Part shown: one piece after another, positions 8,552 through 20,256 of the stretch | Numbering within the stretch: the stretch's first letter is position 1 | Layout of the letters: each line of letters opens with the position of its first letter | UHGV virus genome: UHGV-0200387 | Source of the DNA: a virus | DNA length: 26,278 nt | Direction: 5' to 3' (one strand) | Program-made: the position numbers and the translations under genes | Notes under the pieces: generated by a model | Told to the model about the DNA's origin: nothing | Database searches by the model: none | Seen by the model: only the letters and a program-made list of their open reading frames with translations

Positions 8552-10540
8552 CAACGCATCAGACTTGGCACCTTGAGTCAGGGCGTTAATGGCCTTCTGC
8601 GCCTGCTGCATGGCTTTCTCAAATGCTGTTGATCCGCGTGGGGTATTTGCCATTCGGAGCATTGCATTTCTGAATGGCTCACTCTCATAGGCGCGCGCAA
8701 TAAGGCCGTAGCTTACTGCAGCGCCAGTTGTCGCAGGGTTCATTGCTGTCCCATATCCGATAATGAACGGAATGGTTTGCTGACCTGTAGGAGTTGTTAC
8801 TGCTGCTTTTGCAGCCTGCTGCGTGGATTGCAGGTAGTTTTTCAATCCTTTCAGATAAGCAGCATCCTGACCTTTAAATATGATGCCAGTCTGGTTTTGC
8901 AGGATGTTAAGCTGTCGAAGGAACTGGTCAGGTGATCCGCCAGATTTCTCCATCGCCTTTCCAATGATGCCATTGCGCATTTGCGCCCTGCCAACACGAC
9001 CAACTGAGTTATACAGCGTCTTAATTTCCGATTTGTTCTTGCTGAATAGCATGTTGTTGACAACTTCCGGTGTCAGGTCGCCTTTCATGAGAACATTCTT
9101 CAGCCTGGTATTCTTTAGTTTCGCCGCTTCGTCAGCGTAGACGGCATTGGCCTGCTGATATTTACGGAGAGTATCGTTGCCAAGATTCTGACCAATGGCA
9201 CCATTGATATCGTCAGTCATTGCCTTGTAAACGCGCTGAATGGCAGCATCGGAACGGTTTGGTAACACTGGTCGCTCACCCTTCACGTCCATTCTGAACT
9301 GGCTGCGCAGGTCGCTTAATTGCTTCAAATCCAGATTTACCGGACCATCAGGGCCAGCATTGCGAACAAGCTCATCACGATATGACTGAAGTTTTGAAAT
9401 TGTCTCGTTATCAGCTACCTTACCAAGCTTCTGCAGATTCGATATCTCAGTATCAATCTGCTGAATTGCTCGCGCAGGCTGAATGTTTACTCCAGCCATA
9501 GCATTCTGAACCTGCTCCAGTCGATTACCGGCGGCACGACGAATTCCTGATGTTTTCGCTTTAAGGCTGTCAATAACAACCGCTGGATCATACTCACCAA
9601 ATTTATCAGCAAATCTCTGCACCAACTGGCTTCTCGCTTCCTGTTGCGTTGCTCTCATTCCGCTTGTGCCAGCCAGAGGGATATTTTCTGCTGTAGTCTG
9701 CGCCATTTTTCCGGCGCGGGAAGTTGGTTGTAACAGGTCTGTGGTGTGCAGAGGAACTCCTTCACGCTCTGCAAATCTGATAGCCTGCTGCGCTTCTGGC
9801 GCGATAGCACCACGAACGCCACGATAAGCAGCACCTAATCCACGTCCGGCAGCGTTAATAGCACCGCCAGTAAGTACACCAACGCCTAAATCGGTGGCGA
9901 GTGCTTCCGCATCATCTTTCGCACTATTTGCAGCAAGTGATCCAACTGCGTTTTCTGCGAGAAGTCGTGTTGCCCCCTGAGCAATTCGACCAGCAAGTGT
10001 TGGTGCCTGTGCCGCCGCTCTCTCAACGCCAGCAGGAGTGAGGTAAGGCAATGCTTCAGCAAATACCCTCCCCTCTGTCGTTTGTGGAGTCAGCGCGCCT
10101 TGCTGAAGGCCAAAGTCCTGCTCTAATCCCTGCGTTGTTACTCGTGGCGCTGGTTGATATGTCCCATCTCCAATGCCGAGTTTACCGCCAGCCCAAGCCG
10201 CCGCGCTTGTTACAGCATCGGCAACTGATGCAGGTATGTTTGCCACGTTCACGCCAGCCTGCACCAGTCCGCGACCAGTCTCTTTTACTGCTTCGCCAAG
10301 ATCAGACATAAATCCACTTTGCTGTGGTTGTTGCTGTGCTTCTGGTTGTTGTGTCTCCACTGGCTGCACAGATGGCAATGGATAGGCTGCATAGAAAGCT
10401 TGCTTAGCCTGCTCTGCATTTTCTCCGGCTTGCGGGGCCACGACTTCATTGAAGTATTGCTCCTGAGCCTGCGCTTTTTGTTCTGGTGCTAACGCCTGAT
10501 ACTGTGGAGAGGCGATAACATCTTTCCATGCTTTAGCCAT
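8543..10540 (-). CDS. ejection (E) protein, P22 gp16-like
   Basis: 665 aa. Position (last gene of the 7-20-16 ejection set) and sequence similarity to P22 gp16 as recalled. Start overlaps the gp20 stop. Confidence 0.8.
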   Translation of the reverse strand: MAKAWKDVIASPQYQALAPEQKAQAQEQYFNEVVAPQAGENAEQAKQAFYAAYPLPSVQPVETQQPEAQQQPQQSGFMSDLGEAVKETGRGLVQAGVNVANIPASVADAVTSAAAWAGGKLGIGDGTYQPAPRVTTQGLEQDFGLQQGALTPQTTEGRVFAEALPYLTPAGVERAAAQAPTLAGRIAQGATRLLAENAVGSLAANSAKDDAEALATDLGVGVLTGGAINAAGRGLGAAYRGVRGAIAPEAQQAIRFAEREGVPLHTTDLLQPTSRAGKMAQTTAENIPLAGTSGMRATQQEARSQLVQRFADKFGEYDPAVVIDSLKAKTSGIRRAAGNRLEQVQNAMAGVNIQPARAIQQIDTEISNLQKLGKVADNETISKLQSYRDELVRNAGPDGPVNLDLKQLSDLRSQFRMDVKGERPVLPNRSDAAIQRVYKAMTDDINGAIGQNLGNDTLRKYQQANAVYADEAAKLKNTRLKNVLMKGDLTPEVVNNMLFSKNKSEIKTLYNSVGRVGRAQMRNGIIGKAMEKSGGSPDQFLRQLNILQNQTGIIFKGQDAAYLKGLKNYLQSTQQAAKAAVTTPTGQQTIPFIIGYGTAMNPATTGAAVSYGLIARAYESEPFRNAMLRMANTPRGSTAFEKAMQQAQKAINALTQGAKSDALSE

Positions 10541-11895
10541 TAATCACCCCATAGTGAAGAAAAGTTACTGCTGGCTGCTGGCTGTGATACCTGTGTAGGT
10601 TGAGATTGCTTCCGCTGAGATTTACCAACATTAACGTTATATTGTTGGTTGTAATTGTCGGTATATTGCTGAATGTCGCGCATTGATTGTTGCAGTGCTT
10701 CAGGGCTTGAGAAATCAACCTGTGGCATACCTTGAAAATACAGCTTTGCTTCTGCAACGGTGTTGATACCGGATGCCCCCATGTCTCTGGCTGCTGCAAT
10801 GCCCTGATTCTGCATCTTTCCTTGGATTCGCTGTGCAGCGTTGTATAGTTTCCTCTGATCACCACCAGATGCACGGCTACGAATATCTGCACCAAGAGCA
10901 GGAGAACCTGAAGAGCCTGTAATGCCAGTCATGAAGCCAAGATCGTCAATTGATGCACCAGAAATTGCATCAAGATCTTTCTTCATTGCGTAATTCTGCG
11001 CGCTTGCTGCCGATGTAGCCGGAGCGGCAATAGAGCCAGCAGGGACGCGAACCATATTCCCCTCGTTGTCGATACCTTCGTAGAACGCATTAGCCCCAGC
11101 GCCGTGAAGCTTCCCGCCTACCGTTACAGTTCTGCCATCTGCTAACTGAACTGTACGCTCATTATTCCCAACCGACCCTTTCATTGATGCTCTCTGCATC
11201 GATAAATCCTGACCGCGCATCGTGATATTCTGACCACGTGCTGTTAGCGCCTCGCCAGCCTGATTGCTGCGGATTGTCTCTGCCAGCCTGCCTCGGTCAA
11301 TTTCACGACCAGCCATCTTGTCCTGAACATTGAAGTAATCAATCGGACCAAGCGCAGCCATCCCAAGATGATCAACAAACTCACCAAATCCTGAAGGATT
11401 CTGCTGATACATCTGAGCAACGCTGTTAGGGTCAACACCGACGCGAGTCAGTTCCTTGGCGTTGTTTTGCAGCCATGATTGCATTGCTTCTGGAGACGAT
11501 GACGCAAGGCGTGCTCCAGCCGCTAAGGTGCCGATAGAATTACGCTGCTCTTCATCAATGAATCCCATGCCTTTACGAACGGATTCAATCTGGTCTGGAT
11601 ATTGAGTAGCCAACTGACGCAAAGCACCGCGATCACCAGACGCATAAGCATTAGCGTACGCCTGCTGAAATTCTTTCTGCCGCTGAGCCTGCTTTTCCTG
11701 CTGAAACACCCCCGCAATACCAGAAAGACCTTGCAAAGCTGTCAGCCCAACATTGTTAGCGCCTGAACGCTCAATATCATTGTTCTGCCTGATAAGCTGA
11801 AGCGTGTTGCCGATGTCATTTACGCTCGGAGCGTTTGAGTTGACACCACCGATACCAGCCAACAATCCGCCATTTGTTCCTTGCCAAGTAGCCAT
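10540..11895 (-). CDS. ejection (E) protein, P22 gp20-like
   Basis: 451 aa, sits between the gp7 and gp16 homologs in P22 order. Confidence 0.8.
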   Translation of the reverse strand: MATWQGTNGGLLAGIGGVNSNAPSVNDIGNTLQLIRQNNDIERSGANNVGLTALQGLSGIAGVFQQEKQAQRQKEFQQAYANAYASGDRGALRQLATQYPDQIESVRKGMGFIDEEQRNSIGTLAAGARLASSSPEAMQSWLQNNAKELTRVGVDPNSVAQMYQQNPSGFGEFVDHLGMAALGPIDYFNVQDKMAGREIDRGRLAETIRSNQAGEALTARGQNITMRGQDLSMQRASMKGSVGNNERTVQLADGRTVTVGGKLHGAGANAFYEGIDNEGNMVRVPAGSIAAPATSAASAQNYAMKKDLDAISGASIDDLGFMTGITGSSGSPALGADIRSRASGGDQRKLYNAAQRIQGKMQNQGIAAARDMGASGINTVAEAKLYFQGMPQVDFSSPEALQQSMRDIQQYTDNYNQQYNVNVGKSQRKQSQPTQVSQPAASSNFSSLWGD

Positions 11896-11904
11896 GATTA
11901 CCCC

Positions 11905-12600
11905 TTAAAACAACGATCCAAGCAGGCCAAGTCCGCCGCCAATTGCCGCACCTAATCCAGTGCCAAGTCCGGGAACAATAGAGCCAAGAGCAGCGCCAGT
12001 CATAGCCCCTGAAGCTCCGCCGCTAATTGCTGTCTGAAGGCCTGATGGTTTATTGGCGTTAGCAGCGGCAAGTGCTGCGCTTTGCTGTGCAATGCTGCTC
12101 ATGTTGTTGGCGTACGTCTGCCCGGCGTTTGCCTGACCTTGCAGCGCACCAAGCCCAACGTTTGCCAGATTGTTGTAATTGCTCATCTGATTTGATAACC
12201 AAGACTGACCGAGTGTCGGAGCGATCGTAGCCAGTTGATTGCTTGTGGCTGTCGAACCAAGTCCACCCGTCGCCTCCGCAGCAGCAAGACTCTGGTAACG
12301 CGCCTGCCCTGCAAGGTCTTTATACTGCTGAGAGTTGTAATACTGATTAAGTGCCTGCCCCTGACCTTCTAAACTGGAAAGGTTCTGAAGCTGGTTAACA
12401 TACTGCTCCGCAAGAGGCGTGAACGGAGCAAGGTTTTTCATGATCGTCTGCCACTGCTGATTTTGCAGATCTGCAGCATACTTCTGAGCTTCTGCTGCAT
12501 ACTTTGCGCTTTTATCAGAACTGCCACCTTTCCCGCCTTTTTCATGGCAATAAGGTTCCTCGCCGCGCAGTTTTCTGCCCAGCTTAAATGCATATAACAT
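11905..12600 (-). CDS. ejection (E) protein, P22 gp7-like
   Basis: 231 aa. N-terminus MLYAFKLGRKLRGEEP... and the Gly/Ala-rich C-terminus ...AAIGGGLGLLGSLF match P22 gp7 as recalled. Confidence 0.85.
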   Translation of the reverse strand: MLYAFKLGRKLRGEEPYCHEKGGKGGSSDKSAKYAAEAQKYAADLQNQQWQTIMKNLAPFTPLAEQYVNQLQNLSSLEGQGQALNQYYNSQQYKDLAGQARYQSLAAAEATGGLGSTATSNQLATIAPTLGQSWLSNQMSNYNNLANVGLGALQGQANAGQTYANNMSSIAQQSAALAAANANKPSGLQTAISGGASGAMTGAALGSIVPGLGTGLGAAIGGGLGLLGSLF

Positions 12601-12602
12601 GG

Positions 12603-13058
12603 CTATCTCCCGTGATTCAGGAAGTCGATTAGTTCTTCGCGTGTGGCGCTGTAAAACGTCACGTCATCCACGCCTTTGAAGTATTTCTTGATGGTTCCTA
12701 CACGATTAAGGCCAATCATTGCGCAGTACATCTGACCGTGGCGGAATTTGCGTGCAGCGAACGATGTGACGCACTGAACGGTGGTGTTAGTCAGAATGTA
12801 TCGCCAGAACGCCAGTCCGATTTCCTTGCTGAATCCACGAATCTCTGGCAGGTACATGGCGTGGCAATCAAAGGTTAGCGGCTGAATCTCCTGATAGTAA
12901 ACAATGCCTCCGAACTGCCCGTGCACGTTCACCTCGAAGTAACGGCATTCAGGCTTGTAGTCGTATCCATCACCGTTGTTGCTCCCGGCGATAATGTCAG
13001 GGTGATTTCCGACTGCTTCGATCAGGTCGATGTTTCGCGTTGGTTTGAATGTAATCAT
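12603..13058 (-). CDS. P22 gene 14-like protein (virion assembly/ejection-associated)
   Basis: 151 aa, in the P22 gene-14 position between the tail needle and gp7 genes. Confidence 0.6.
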   Translation of the reverse strand: MITFKPTRNIDLIEAVGNHPDIIAGSNNGDGYDYKPECRYFEVNVHGQFGGIVYYQEIQPLTFDCHAMYLPEIRGFSKEIGLAFWRYILTNTTVQCVTSFAARKFRHGQMYCAMIGLNRVGTIKKYFKGVDDVTFYSATREELIDFLNHGR

Positions 13059-13696
13059 CAGTCAATCAACCCATGCGCACGCAAGGCGTCTTCCAAAGCC
13101 TTAGTGCGCCGACGCTCAGCAATTAGAGCATTGGCTATAGCCTGGATTTCAGATTGCGTGTAAGTATCGCTAACGGTGAATGTCAGGTCAGCATTGAATA
13201 CGCCTTTATTCGCCGTACCTGTTGCCGCGGTCCATCCAGTCTGGCGAGCGCCAACAACTTTTGTACCGTTAACAGAATAACTTCCTGATACGTTAAGGGA
13301 TGAGGCAAGAGTTTGAGTTCCTGCTCTGCTGAGTGAAACATAATCAACGATTATCTCTGATACCTTACCGTCGATATCCTGAACTTTTATTTTCAGACCA
13401 TTAACATCATTCTCTATTTCAAGAAGCTTTACTTTTATTCCTGAAATATCCTCTTCTGTTTTTGCAATTCTTTTTTCGTGCTCATCAAGAATTACATCCT
13501 GCTCATCATTTCTGACCTGCGCATCATAAGCACCGCCTCCTGCCTGATTTGCCTTTTCTGCAATGGAGCCAACATCAGTACCCTGATTTATGACATACAG
13601 AAGGTAAGACTGACTGAATATGTTGCGAGGGAGAATAGATGCATCAATGCGTGTAGCCTGAACCACGACAGGCTTATTAAGTGACGGGTCTGCCAT
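13058..13696 (-). CDS. tail needle protein, P22 gp26-like
   Basis: 212 aa. N-terminus [25 protein letters not shown]... and C-terminus ...[56 protein letters not shown] match P22 gp26. The central coiled-coil region differs and is shorter. Confidence 0.9.
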   Translation of the reverse strand: MADPSLNKPVVVQATRIDASILPRNIFSQSYLLYVINQGTDVGSIAEKANQAGGGAYDAQVRNDEQDVILDEHEKRIAKTEEDISGIKVKLLEIENDVNGLKIKVQDIDGKVSEIIVDYVSLSRAGTQTLASSLNVSGSYSVNGTKVVGARQTGWTAATGTANKGVFNADLTFTVSDTYTQSEIQAIANALIAERRRTKALEDALRAHGLID

Positions 13697-13699
13697 ATT

Positions 13700-15118
13700 T
13701 TACTCCAGACGAATTTGACACCCGGATAGTGTTACTGGTGACTTCGTGATAACGCGCAATTTGAAACCAATGTTTTTCCTGATGCGCCCTACTTTCTTCC
13801 ACAAAACGCGTTTGTCGTAAACGAACGGTTCATTCTGCTCAATCATCTGCTCACGCCCGTAATTGATGCCGTCAGTGGTTGCAGAGAGGAACAGGCGGTC
13901 AGCGTACTGCGCAACGCCAGTTGAAGATTCAACCTCAAGGTCGAACACCCGGGCGTTATCCGCTTTGAACAACGGAGTAAACAGCAGGTGTTCCTGTTGC
14001 TTGTCGTACTGGCTGCTGATGTCGAATTGCAGTTTCCCGGTAACAGATTCCAGCTTATCGCCGCACGTTATCTGATTGCCTTCGTAAATGAAGTCGATAG
14101 CGCGGTACACATCGTCATACAGGCCTGTTTTCAGCACACACCATTGCGGACCATTAGCGCTTGAAGATGCGTCGTAAACAAGAACATGGCGCGGCAGGTG
14201 AATAATCAGCAACTCATGAGCATCAAACCGCAACGATTCCATCACGCCATCAGCCAGTTCATCAGCAGTGTAGGAGCGTAGTATTTTCTCAATGCTCGCG
14301 CTGGCGATTGGTGACACCTGACCGGAGCCGATGATGTATACAGACGGCGCACCTGTTGCCGGATTGCTGATAAACGCATAGGAATCAGCAAACGGCGTTT
14401 TGCAGTAAGTCCCGGCGATGCCTTTTTGCACCATCAGTGATGGCTGTGCGACATACAAAGCGGCACCAACGGTGGTTGCGCCAGTCAGGGAGAAATATTC
14501 AATCGTCGATGAACCAAAGCAGACGATGAAGTCTCGCCATGTTCCGATGCCGATGATGCCGTCCGGCTGCGATTCTGCGCGATATTGTGCACTGTATCGG
14601 TCAGGATGCGATTCGTCTTCAGGGTCAGTGATAAACCATGAATCAGTTCCGTCTTTTGACCACGCATAACGCCCACGTAAGCGAGTAATGTCGCGAACTG
14701 AACCTAACTCATACTGCGTGAATCCACTGTCTGTAGGCCAGTTTGAGACGGTTTTAACCGTGCCATCATAACGATACTCGACCAGTTGACCATTAACGCC
14801 TACAGCCTGTGATGTTCGACCATGCGCCATTGATACGCGACCACTTCCGGCGACGTCACCGACTGCATTTTCTCCTTTGTACAGCTTGCCACCACACACG
14901 CGATAAACAGCACTCTGCGCCATGTTGTACTCGACTCCGCGCGATACACCGTTTACATCAGAGCGTTTGGCAATGCCCGGGAATGAGCGAAGATATCCGC
15001 TGCTGTTGAGGATTTCTTTGGGTGTAGCCAGCATATTCACTGGCAGATAGTCGATATAGTCGGCGTTTCGAAAGTCTTTGCCGACACCTTTCATAAGCGG
15101 AAGTTGCTGAATCGGCAT
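13700..15118 (-). CDS. tail accessory/head-completion protein, P22 gp10-like
   Basis: 472 aa, near-collinear with P22 gp10 (MPIQQLP..., ...VTLSGCQIRLE). Confidence 0.9.
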   Translation of the reverse strand: MPIQQLPLMKGVGKDFRNADYIDYLPVNMLATPKEILNSSGYLRSFPGIAKRSDVNGVSRGVEYNMAQSAVYRVCGGKLYKGENAVGDVAGSGRVSMAHGRTSQAVGVNGQLVEYRYDGTVKTVSNWPTDSGFTQYELGSVRDITRLRGRYAWSKDGTDSWFITDPEDESHPDRYSAQYRAESQPDGIIGIGTWRDFIVCFGSSTIEYFSLTGATTVGAALYVAQPSLMVQKGIAGTYCKTPFADSYAFISNPATGAPSVYIIGSGQVSPIASASIEKILRSYTADELADGVMESLRFDAHELLIIHLPRHVLVYDASSSANGPQWCVLKTGLYDDVYRAIDFIYEGNQITCGDKLESVTGKLQFDISSQYDKQQEHLLFTPLFKADNARVFDLEVESSTGVAQYADRLFLSATTDGINYGREQMIEQNEPFVYDKRVLWKKVGRIRKNIGFKLRVITKSPVTLSGCQIRLE

Positions 15119-15618
15119 TATTCGCTCCCGTTATCGCAAGGTTCCTTTCGGTGGAAGTAATTCCAACCGTTCCACTTCGCCAACTGGTTTCCACTGCCAA
15201 CAGGCATACGGTTTGGATAACCGGACTTACATTTAGCGGCTTTTGCTCTGTCCATTGCAGACAGTTTGACGAGTCGCTCTTTCCCGTATCTGGCAGTGGT
15301 TATAAGTTTTGCTGACGCTTCCAGCGCATAATCTGGAGCAATGCGGCAGGCAAGGTTGAAAATGACGGCATTTATAGCGTTATTTGATAATCCGTGCTCA
15401 TCTCCCGGATCTGGAGCGACATCTGCATCAGCAAAAATGTAGCCAACGTTGATACCAGGTGACACATCACCGCCAAGCCATTCAGCCATCATCATTTCAA
15501 GGTCGTTGACGCCATCTTCCATGGACTGCGGTTCGACATCGGTTAACGTGGCATTTGATGCCACACCGAGCTTACGTAATGCCGCAAGAACTAAATCACC
15601 CTTCGTTGTCAGGTTCAT
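15118..15618 (-). CDS. tail accessory protein, P22 gp4-like
   Basis: About 166 aa from the internal ATG ([31 protein letters not shown]...), matching the P22 gp4 N-terminus. The ORF-track extension to 15687 is probably not translated. Confidence 0.8.
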   Translation of the reverse strand: MNLTTKGDLVLAALRKLGVASNATLTDVEPQSMEDGVNDLEMMMAEWLGGDVSPGINVGYIFADADVAPDPGDEHGLSNNAINAVIFNLACRIAPDYALEASAKLITTARYGKERLVKLSAMDRAKAAKCKSGYPNRMPVGSGNQLAKWNGWNYFHRKEPCDNGSE

Positions 15619-15826
15619 CTGCTGCCGCCTTAGGTTTTCGACCAGGCTTTTTACGCTGTTTTTCTTCTGGCTCTGGCTCTGCAACATCCTTCAGAAGATC
15701 ATCAGGATGTGCAAACCAGCCAGCATCCAGATATTCCTGAAGCTCTTCGGCTTTCACGATTTCAAAGTCGTATCCAACGCCTTTCCACTTTTTCATGTCT
15801 CCATGACGAAAGATCATGTGTGTCAT
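15596..15826 (-). CDS. small hypothetical protein between coat and gene 4 (P22 orf69 position)
   Basis: About 76 aa from ATG 15826 ([16 protein letters not shown]...), with GGAGACAAGC ahead of the ATG. Acidic, Lys/Pro-rich C-terminus. Overlaps the gp4 start by about 20 nt. Confidence 0.5.
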   Translation of the reverse strand: MTHMIFRHGDMKKWKGVGYDFEIVKAEELQEYLDAGWFAHPDDLLKDVAEPEPEEKQRKKPGRKPKAAADEPDNEG

Positions 15827-15840
15827 GCTTGTCTCCAGAT

Positions 15841-15862
15841 AAAAAAGGGAGCCGAAGCTCCC
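15841..15862 (-). terminator. intrinsic terminator directly after the coat gene
   Basis: On the minus strand: GGGAGC-TTCG-GCTCCC (6-bp stem, tetraloop) followed by TTTTTT, beginning 8 nt after the coat stop codon. Confidence 0.7.
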
Positions 15863-15870
15863 TCTGGTTA

Positions 15871-17166
15871 TCACGCGGTCTGGTTAGGCAGACCAACACC
15901 AATTGCCTCTGGTCGTACAGCACATGCTGAATACCACACAGCAATACGGCACTTGCCAGACAGAGTGTTGATATCCCCCTGCGTTGCGAAGATGCCGTTA
16001 ACACCAATACCTGGAATGCTGAAGGAAGAAGTTTTCATGCCAGCAAACAGTTCATGGGTTACCGGAATCGGCTGAGACAGCAGGCGGATTGAGTCATCAG
16101 CCCAGAACACGTTAGCGGTGGTTGTTGCCACGTTCAGAACGTTTACCGGAGTGGTATCAGCAAGAGAGGTGTTTACGTTAGCGTAAGCCTTCTCTTCTTT
16201 TGTCAGTGACGCGTCATCCAGCGCAATCGGCTTCGGCGTGATTTCGATGTGAGTACCATCTATCACACGGGTGATTGAGAAAGTCGCATCATCAGTCAGC
16301 ACGTTCTTCGCCATCTGAGACAGGAATTTCACACCAGTGAAGCTGATTTTGTCGCCGCGCTTAAATCCGGTGGTGGAGGATACGGTCACCGTTGCAACAC
16401 GGTTGTCGACGTTCTCTTTGTTACCATCGGTATCAAGGGTGTATGCCTGCGGCTTAAACTTCTGCGCACCAGAAACAGTTACACCAGTAGCGGTTGACTT
16501 GGTAACTGCCGGAAGTTTCGGTGAGCGAAGAATTTCATCAAAGCCAGCAATCTGACGCTGAATAGTACCGTTACGATACGCTTCTTCAGGAACGCGCCCA
16601 AAGATGTCACCATCTACCAGGTTGCGGCCTGCTTTGCGGTAATCGTCAGGGTTCAGGAAGTAACTGATGCCCATATCGCGGTTTAGCTCACGGGAGAACA
16701 TCAGGCGCTCTGCATCAGACACAAAATCCCAGCCAGACAGGCCAGTAGATGGACCAATTGCGCGGGTATCGTGAACAACAAGCGAGCCCATTTCAGTTGC
16801 CTGTTTGGCAATCGCTGACTCAATGTTATTCGCCAGTTTTTTGGCGGATGCCTGGATGCGGCGACGGTAAGAACGCTCATCACGCAGGTCATCTGCACGA
16901 AGCTCGAAGAAATCGTTATCCGGATCACCCATGTTGCATTTCACGGAGAGCTCCAGAATCCCGGTAGCGTTGCCAGTTAAATCCCAGCCAGTCTGAGTTG
17001 GCGCTTCCTGCTCAACAGGCATCCACACGGTGTTGCTTGAACGTTGCATGGATTCTGCCGGAGGGGTGTATTTTGTCACTTTGGACGCCATTGGCGTCAG
17101 GTTCTGGACGGTTTCGATGATTTCATCCAGAGCATACGTGACCAGTTGACCTTCATTTAATGCCAT
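15871..17166 (-). CDS. major capsid (coat) protein, P22 gp5-like (HK97 fold family)
   Basis: 431 aa, collinear with P22 coat as recalled (MALNEGQ.VT.A.DEIIET... to ...[13 protein letters not shown]). Confidence 0.92.
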   Translation of the reverse strand: MALNEGQLVTYALDEIIETVQNLTPMASKVTKYTPPAESMQRSSNTVWMPVEQEAPTQTGWDLTGNATGILELSVKCNMGDPDNDFFELRADDLRDERSYRRRIQASAKKLANNIESAIAKQATEMGSLVVHDTRAIGPSTGLSGWDFVSDAERLMFSRELNRDMGISYFLNPDDYRKAGRNLVDGDIFGRVPEEAYRNGTIQRQIAGFDEILRSPKLPAVTKSTATGVTVSGAQKFKPQAYTLDTDGNKENVDNRVATVTVSSTTGFKRGDKISFTGVKFLSQMAKNVLTDDATFSITRVIDGTHIEITPKPIALDDASLTKEEKAYANVNTSLADTTPVNVLNVATTTANVFWADDSIRLLSQPIPVTHELFAGMKTSSFSIPGIGVNGIFATQGDINTLSGKCRIAVWYSACAVRPEAIGVGLPNQTA

Positions 17167-18077
17167 TATCGAATTCCTTTATTCAGTTGCGCCTTGAGCT
17201 TGCGGTACGTCTCCACATCCCCTTTGTTTGCTGCCGCTTCCATCTGCTTTTCAATCGCAGAGATATTTGCAGCAACAGCGTGTCCCTGAATGGGTTCATC
17301 AGGTAACGGGGCTTCTGAAACAGGCTTGGCTCGAGGCTTGAGAGTTAAACGTTCTGACAGTCGAGTGAGTTCAATCAGCGCGGATTGCCCGTCCATCGCC
17401 AGCAACTGGCGTGTTTTCTCAGGATTAGCACCAAGGTGATACATGAGTGCAGCGGATTTCTCCGGGAAGAGGCGCATGATGTCGGCGCCGACTGCTGGCG
17501 GCACCAGTTGCATGAATGCGTCCTCTTTCTCCTGATAGTCAGGGATATTGAGCTTTTCCGCTGCGTCGTAGTGCTTACGGGCTGCCTCGACGTATTGCGC
17601 TGATTGCTGGGTGAATTCCTGAGTTTTGCGACCCTGCTCGGCGACAGCCTGGCTTCGTGCGTCCATAGCCTTGATCTGCCATTCACTGTTTGCCTGCTGG
17701 AAGGCAGCCAGTGCGCGGCTCTGGTCATAGTCGTACTTAGCCAGTGCATCTTCGGAAAGATAATCGTTAGGGTCTGGTTGTTTTGGTAACTCAGGGTTCA
17801 CCCGCAGGTGCTCCGGCAATTCTCCACGCTTAACCGCTTCCATCTGCTGCTCAAGCTCACGCTGGCGTTTGCGTTCGATGCGGCGACGGGCAAATTCAGC
17901 ATTAGTTGCCGGGTCTTGTTTTGGTTTCTCATCGTCTTTCAGGACAATCTCGAAGCCTTCTTCCTGACCTGCGTTGTCGTTGGCATTATCGACAACTAAG
18001 CCATCAGCAGATGCCGCTGCATGATTGCCGGGCAGGGTTAATTCTTCAGAAGCCTGAATGTCGGTGGTTTGGTCCAT
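17166..18077 (-). CDS. scaffolding protein, P22 gp8-like
   Basis: 303 aa, collinear with P22 scaffold, including ...[52 protein letters not shown]... and C-terminal ...[16 protein letters not shown]. Confidence 0.92.
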   Translation of the reverse strand: MDQTTDIQASEELTLPGNHAAASADGLVVDNANDNAGQEEGFEIVLKDDEKPKQDPATNAEFARRRIERKRQRELEQQMEAVKRGELPEHLRVNPELPKQPDPNDYLSEDALAKYDYDQSRALAAFQQANSEWQIKAMDARSQAVAEQGRKTQEFTQQSAQYVEAARKHYDAAEKLNIPDYQEKEDAFMQLVPPAVGADIMRLFPEKSAALMYHLGANPEKTRQLLAMDGQSALIELTRLSERLTLKPRAKPVSEAPLPDEPIQGHAVAANISAIEKQMEAAANKGDVETYRKLKAQLNKGIR

Positions 18078-18090
18078 GGTTAACTCTCTC

Positions 18091-20256
18091 TTATTGAGGT
18101 GTCTCGGCTACTCCGCCGGAGGGGATTTGAACTTGACGCATAAGATTCGCGAAATCCATGCGTTGTGAATGAGTCTGGTCTGCATCTTTAAGAAGCAGCT
18201 CAGCGTTAGCACGAGCATCTTTGCTGCGCTGTTGCTGGAATTGACCTACGAGCTTGAGGTACTCACGCAGTTCTGCCTGCTTGTCGAGGTCCATATTGTT
18301 GAAGATTTCCGCAATCTTCGCGGCGTTGAGTTGGTTTTGGGCTTCAACCTTGGCGGCTTCAACCTGAATCTGCGCCTGTTGGTTCTCTGCCTTGAGCAAT
18401 TCAGCCTGACCTTGCAGAAGGATACCCTGCGCCTGAATTTGCTCTGCTGATGGCTGCTGCGGCTGCTGTTGAGCCTGCTGTACCATCTCCATCTCTTCAG
18501 GTGTTTCTGGTTTCTTCAGCCCCATCATCACCAGTTGCTTGTTCGCGTACTCTCGCATCATCTCGACGCCTTTACCGTCAAGCAGCGTGAAGTATTGCAG
18601 CATCAGCATCTGGAACTCTGGAGTACCTTGCGGAACCTTGGTGAGCAACTCCTGAATCTCTGCGCGGTTCTGTTCCTTCATACTCTGGAAGGATGGTCCA
18701 ACGTCTGTATAGCACTCATAGCGACCGCGAATGTCGTTGAGTGTGACCACATTGCCGGACTGGTAATCGACAACTTGCGCGTAGAGTTGAACGTCTTTCT
18801 CGCTACCATCTTCAAGTGTCAGCGTTACATGGCGAGGAACGTCATAAATATCGTTGACCATTGAGGCATAAATCTCGCCATCACGTCGCATTGCGGTAGC
18901 CAGGTTATCCTGAAACACGTATGTCTCAAGGTCTGCCCGCATGTTCAGTTGATTGACGGTATCGAAAGCGACCTGAGAGTTTGCTGCCTGCGCATCCACA
19001 CCAAGACTAGCCACCTCTTTCACTGCGTTGGTGGCAGCCTCAAGCATGTAAGCGTTGGCTTGCGGCACTTCAGGGTTTTCCATGTAGGAGATTGGACCAA
19101 TCGGCAGGTCGTTACCGTTTTCATCGGTCCTGTTCTGCAGATAGTACGGATAGTCATCATTTCCACCGTACATGTATTCGTAGCCTTCGATTTGCTCAGG
19201 GAAGAAGGTCGGTTTCTTCTTCGGTGAACGAGCAACAATATCGGCGTTGAATGACATGATCATGTTACGAAGGCGCTGACCGTCTTTCGTCAGCCTTACC
19301 ACTCCTTCGTAGCACTCCTTGTCACCAGCGAATGACCATTCACCATACACTGGAACGATTGGAATATGCTCTCCGGCTATCTTCTCGCGGTCTTTCAGTA
19401 TCTGCGTGCAGGTGATGATCGACTTATACACACGCCGACGCTTCACCTTGCGCTCTGCTACCTTAATGAATCCACGATTAGCCAGGTCGTCGATGACGTC
19501 TTTGATATCCTGCTGGTAATAGCTGACCGGCTCACCTGTCAGCGGGTCGCGGTAGATGAAGACCTTCTCCTTCTCCTCTTCTACCTCGTAATACTCAGCG
19601 ACGTAGACGACATCATTCGATACCCACGGAAACAGCCATGTGTCGTTCGGATTCTGGAAAGATGGCAGGGTGTCAGGATCAATACCGTAATCCTCTGCGA
19701 ACTCTTTCCAGCCATTGCGCGACAAGGCGTTAATCACCGTGCAGTGCTTAGCGTCGCTCTTATCCATCTGCTTGCTGTTGGCGTCCCATATGACGTGTGA
19801 GCAGGCTTCATGGATTGGAAGGCGTCGGATTACCTGATTGTTGCTTGTTGGGTCGTTGTCTTCGTACTGCGTGACCAGACGCCATGCACCAACGCCGGAC
19901 TCTATCTGCTCACGAACGCCAACGTTAACGGCAATTTTTGCCGTGTTATGGCGCATATCAGTACGATACATCCCCATCAGCACATCGGCAGCATCAGGAT
20001 TAGCGCCGTCTTTTGGTCTGAAGAGAACGTCGATAGGGTTCCGGCGCATCTCTGCGACCAGCTTCCTGACCACCGGGCGGACAACATCGAATTGTCCGCG
20101 ATATTGCAGGGTGGTGTAGTTTGATAGCCAGTCATCCCATTGCGACACTCGGCTAAAATACAGGTCATTTGTCGCCTCGGTTCTGGCTTCATCGCTCGCC
20201 ATCCAGTCCGCGTCAAACTTACACAGAATGGAATTGAGTCTGTTTTCGTCGGCCAT
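18091..20256 (-). CDS. portal protein, P22 gp1-like
   Basis: 721 aa, collinear with P22 portal (MAD.ENRL.SIL..FDADW.ASDEAR... to ...PSG.VAETPQ). Confidence 0.92.
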   Translation of the reverse strand: MADENRLNSILCKFDADWMASDEARTEATNDLYFSRVSQWDDWLSNYTTLQYRGQFDVVRPVVRKLVAEMRRNPIDVLFRPKDGANPDAADVLMGMYRTDMRHNTAKIAVNVGVREQIESGVGAWRLVTQYEDNDPTSNNQVIRRLPIHEACSHVIWDANSKQMDKSDAKHCTVINALSRNGWKEFAEDYGIDPDTLPSFQNPNDTWLFPWVSNDVVYVAEYYEVEEEKEKVFIYRDPLTGEPVSYYQQDIKDVIDDLANRGFIKVAERKVKRRRVYKSIITCTQILKDREKIAGEHIPIVPVYGEWSFAGDKECYEGVVRLTKDGQRLRNMIMSFNADIVARSPKKKPTFFPEQIEGYEYMYGGNDDYPYYLQNRTDENGNDLPIGPISYMENPEVPQANAYMLEAATNAVKEVASLGVDAQAANSQVAFDTVNQLNMRADLETYVFQDNLATAMRRDGEIYASMVNDIYDVPRHVTLTLEDGSEKDVQLYAQVVDYQSGNVVTLNDIRGRYECYTDVGPSFQSMKEQNRAEIQELLTKVPQGTPEFQMLMLQYFTLLDGKGVEMMREYANKQLVMMGLKKPETPEEMEMVQQAQQQPQQPSAEQIQAQGILLQGQAELLKAENQQAQIQVEAAKVEAQNQLNAAKIAEIFNNMDLDKQAELREYLKLVGQFQQQRSKDARANAELLLKDADQTHSQRMDFANLMRQVQIPSGGVAETPQ

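Noticed and set aside
8305-8589. ORF 8305-8589 (plus, 94 aa)
   Set aside because: It overlaps the 3' end of mnt and the gp16 stop region in another frame; no ribosome-binding site; composition typical of a shadow ORF.
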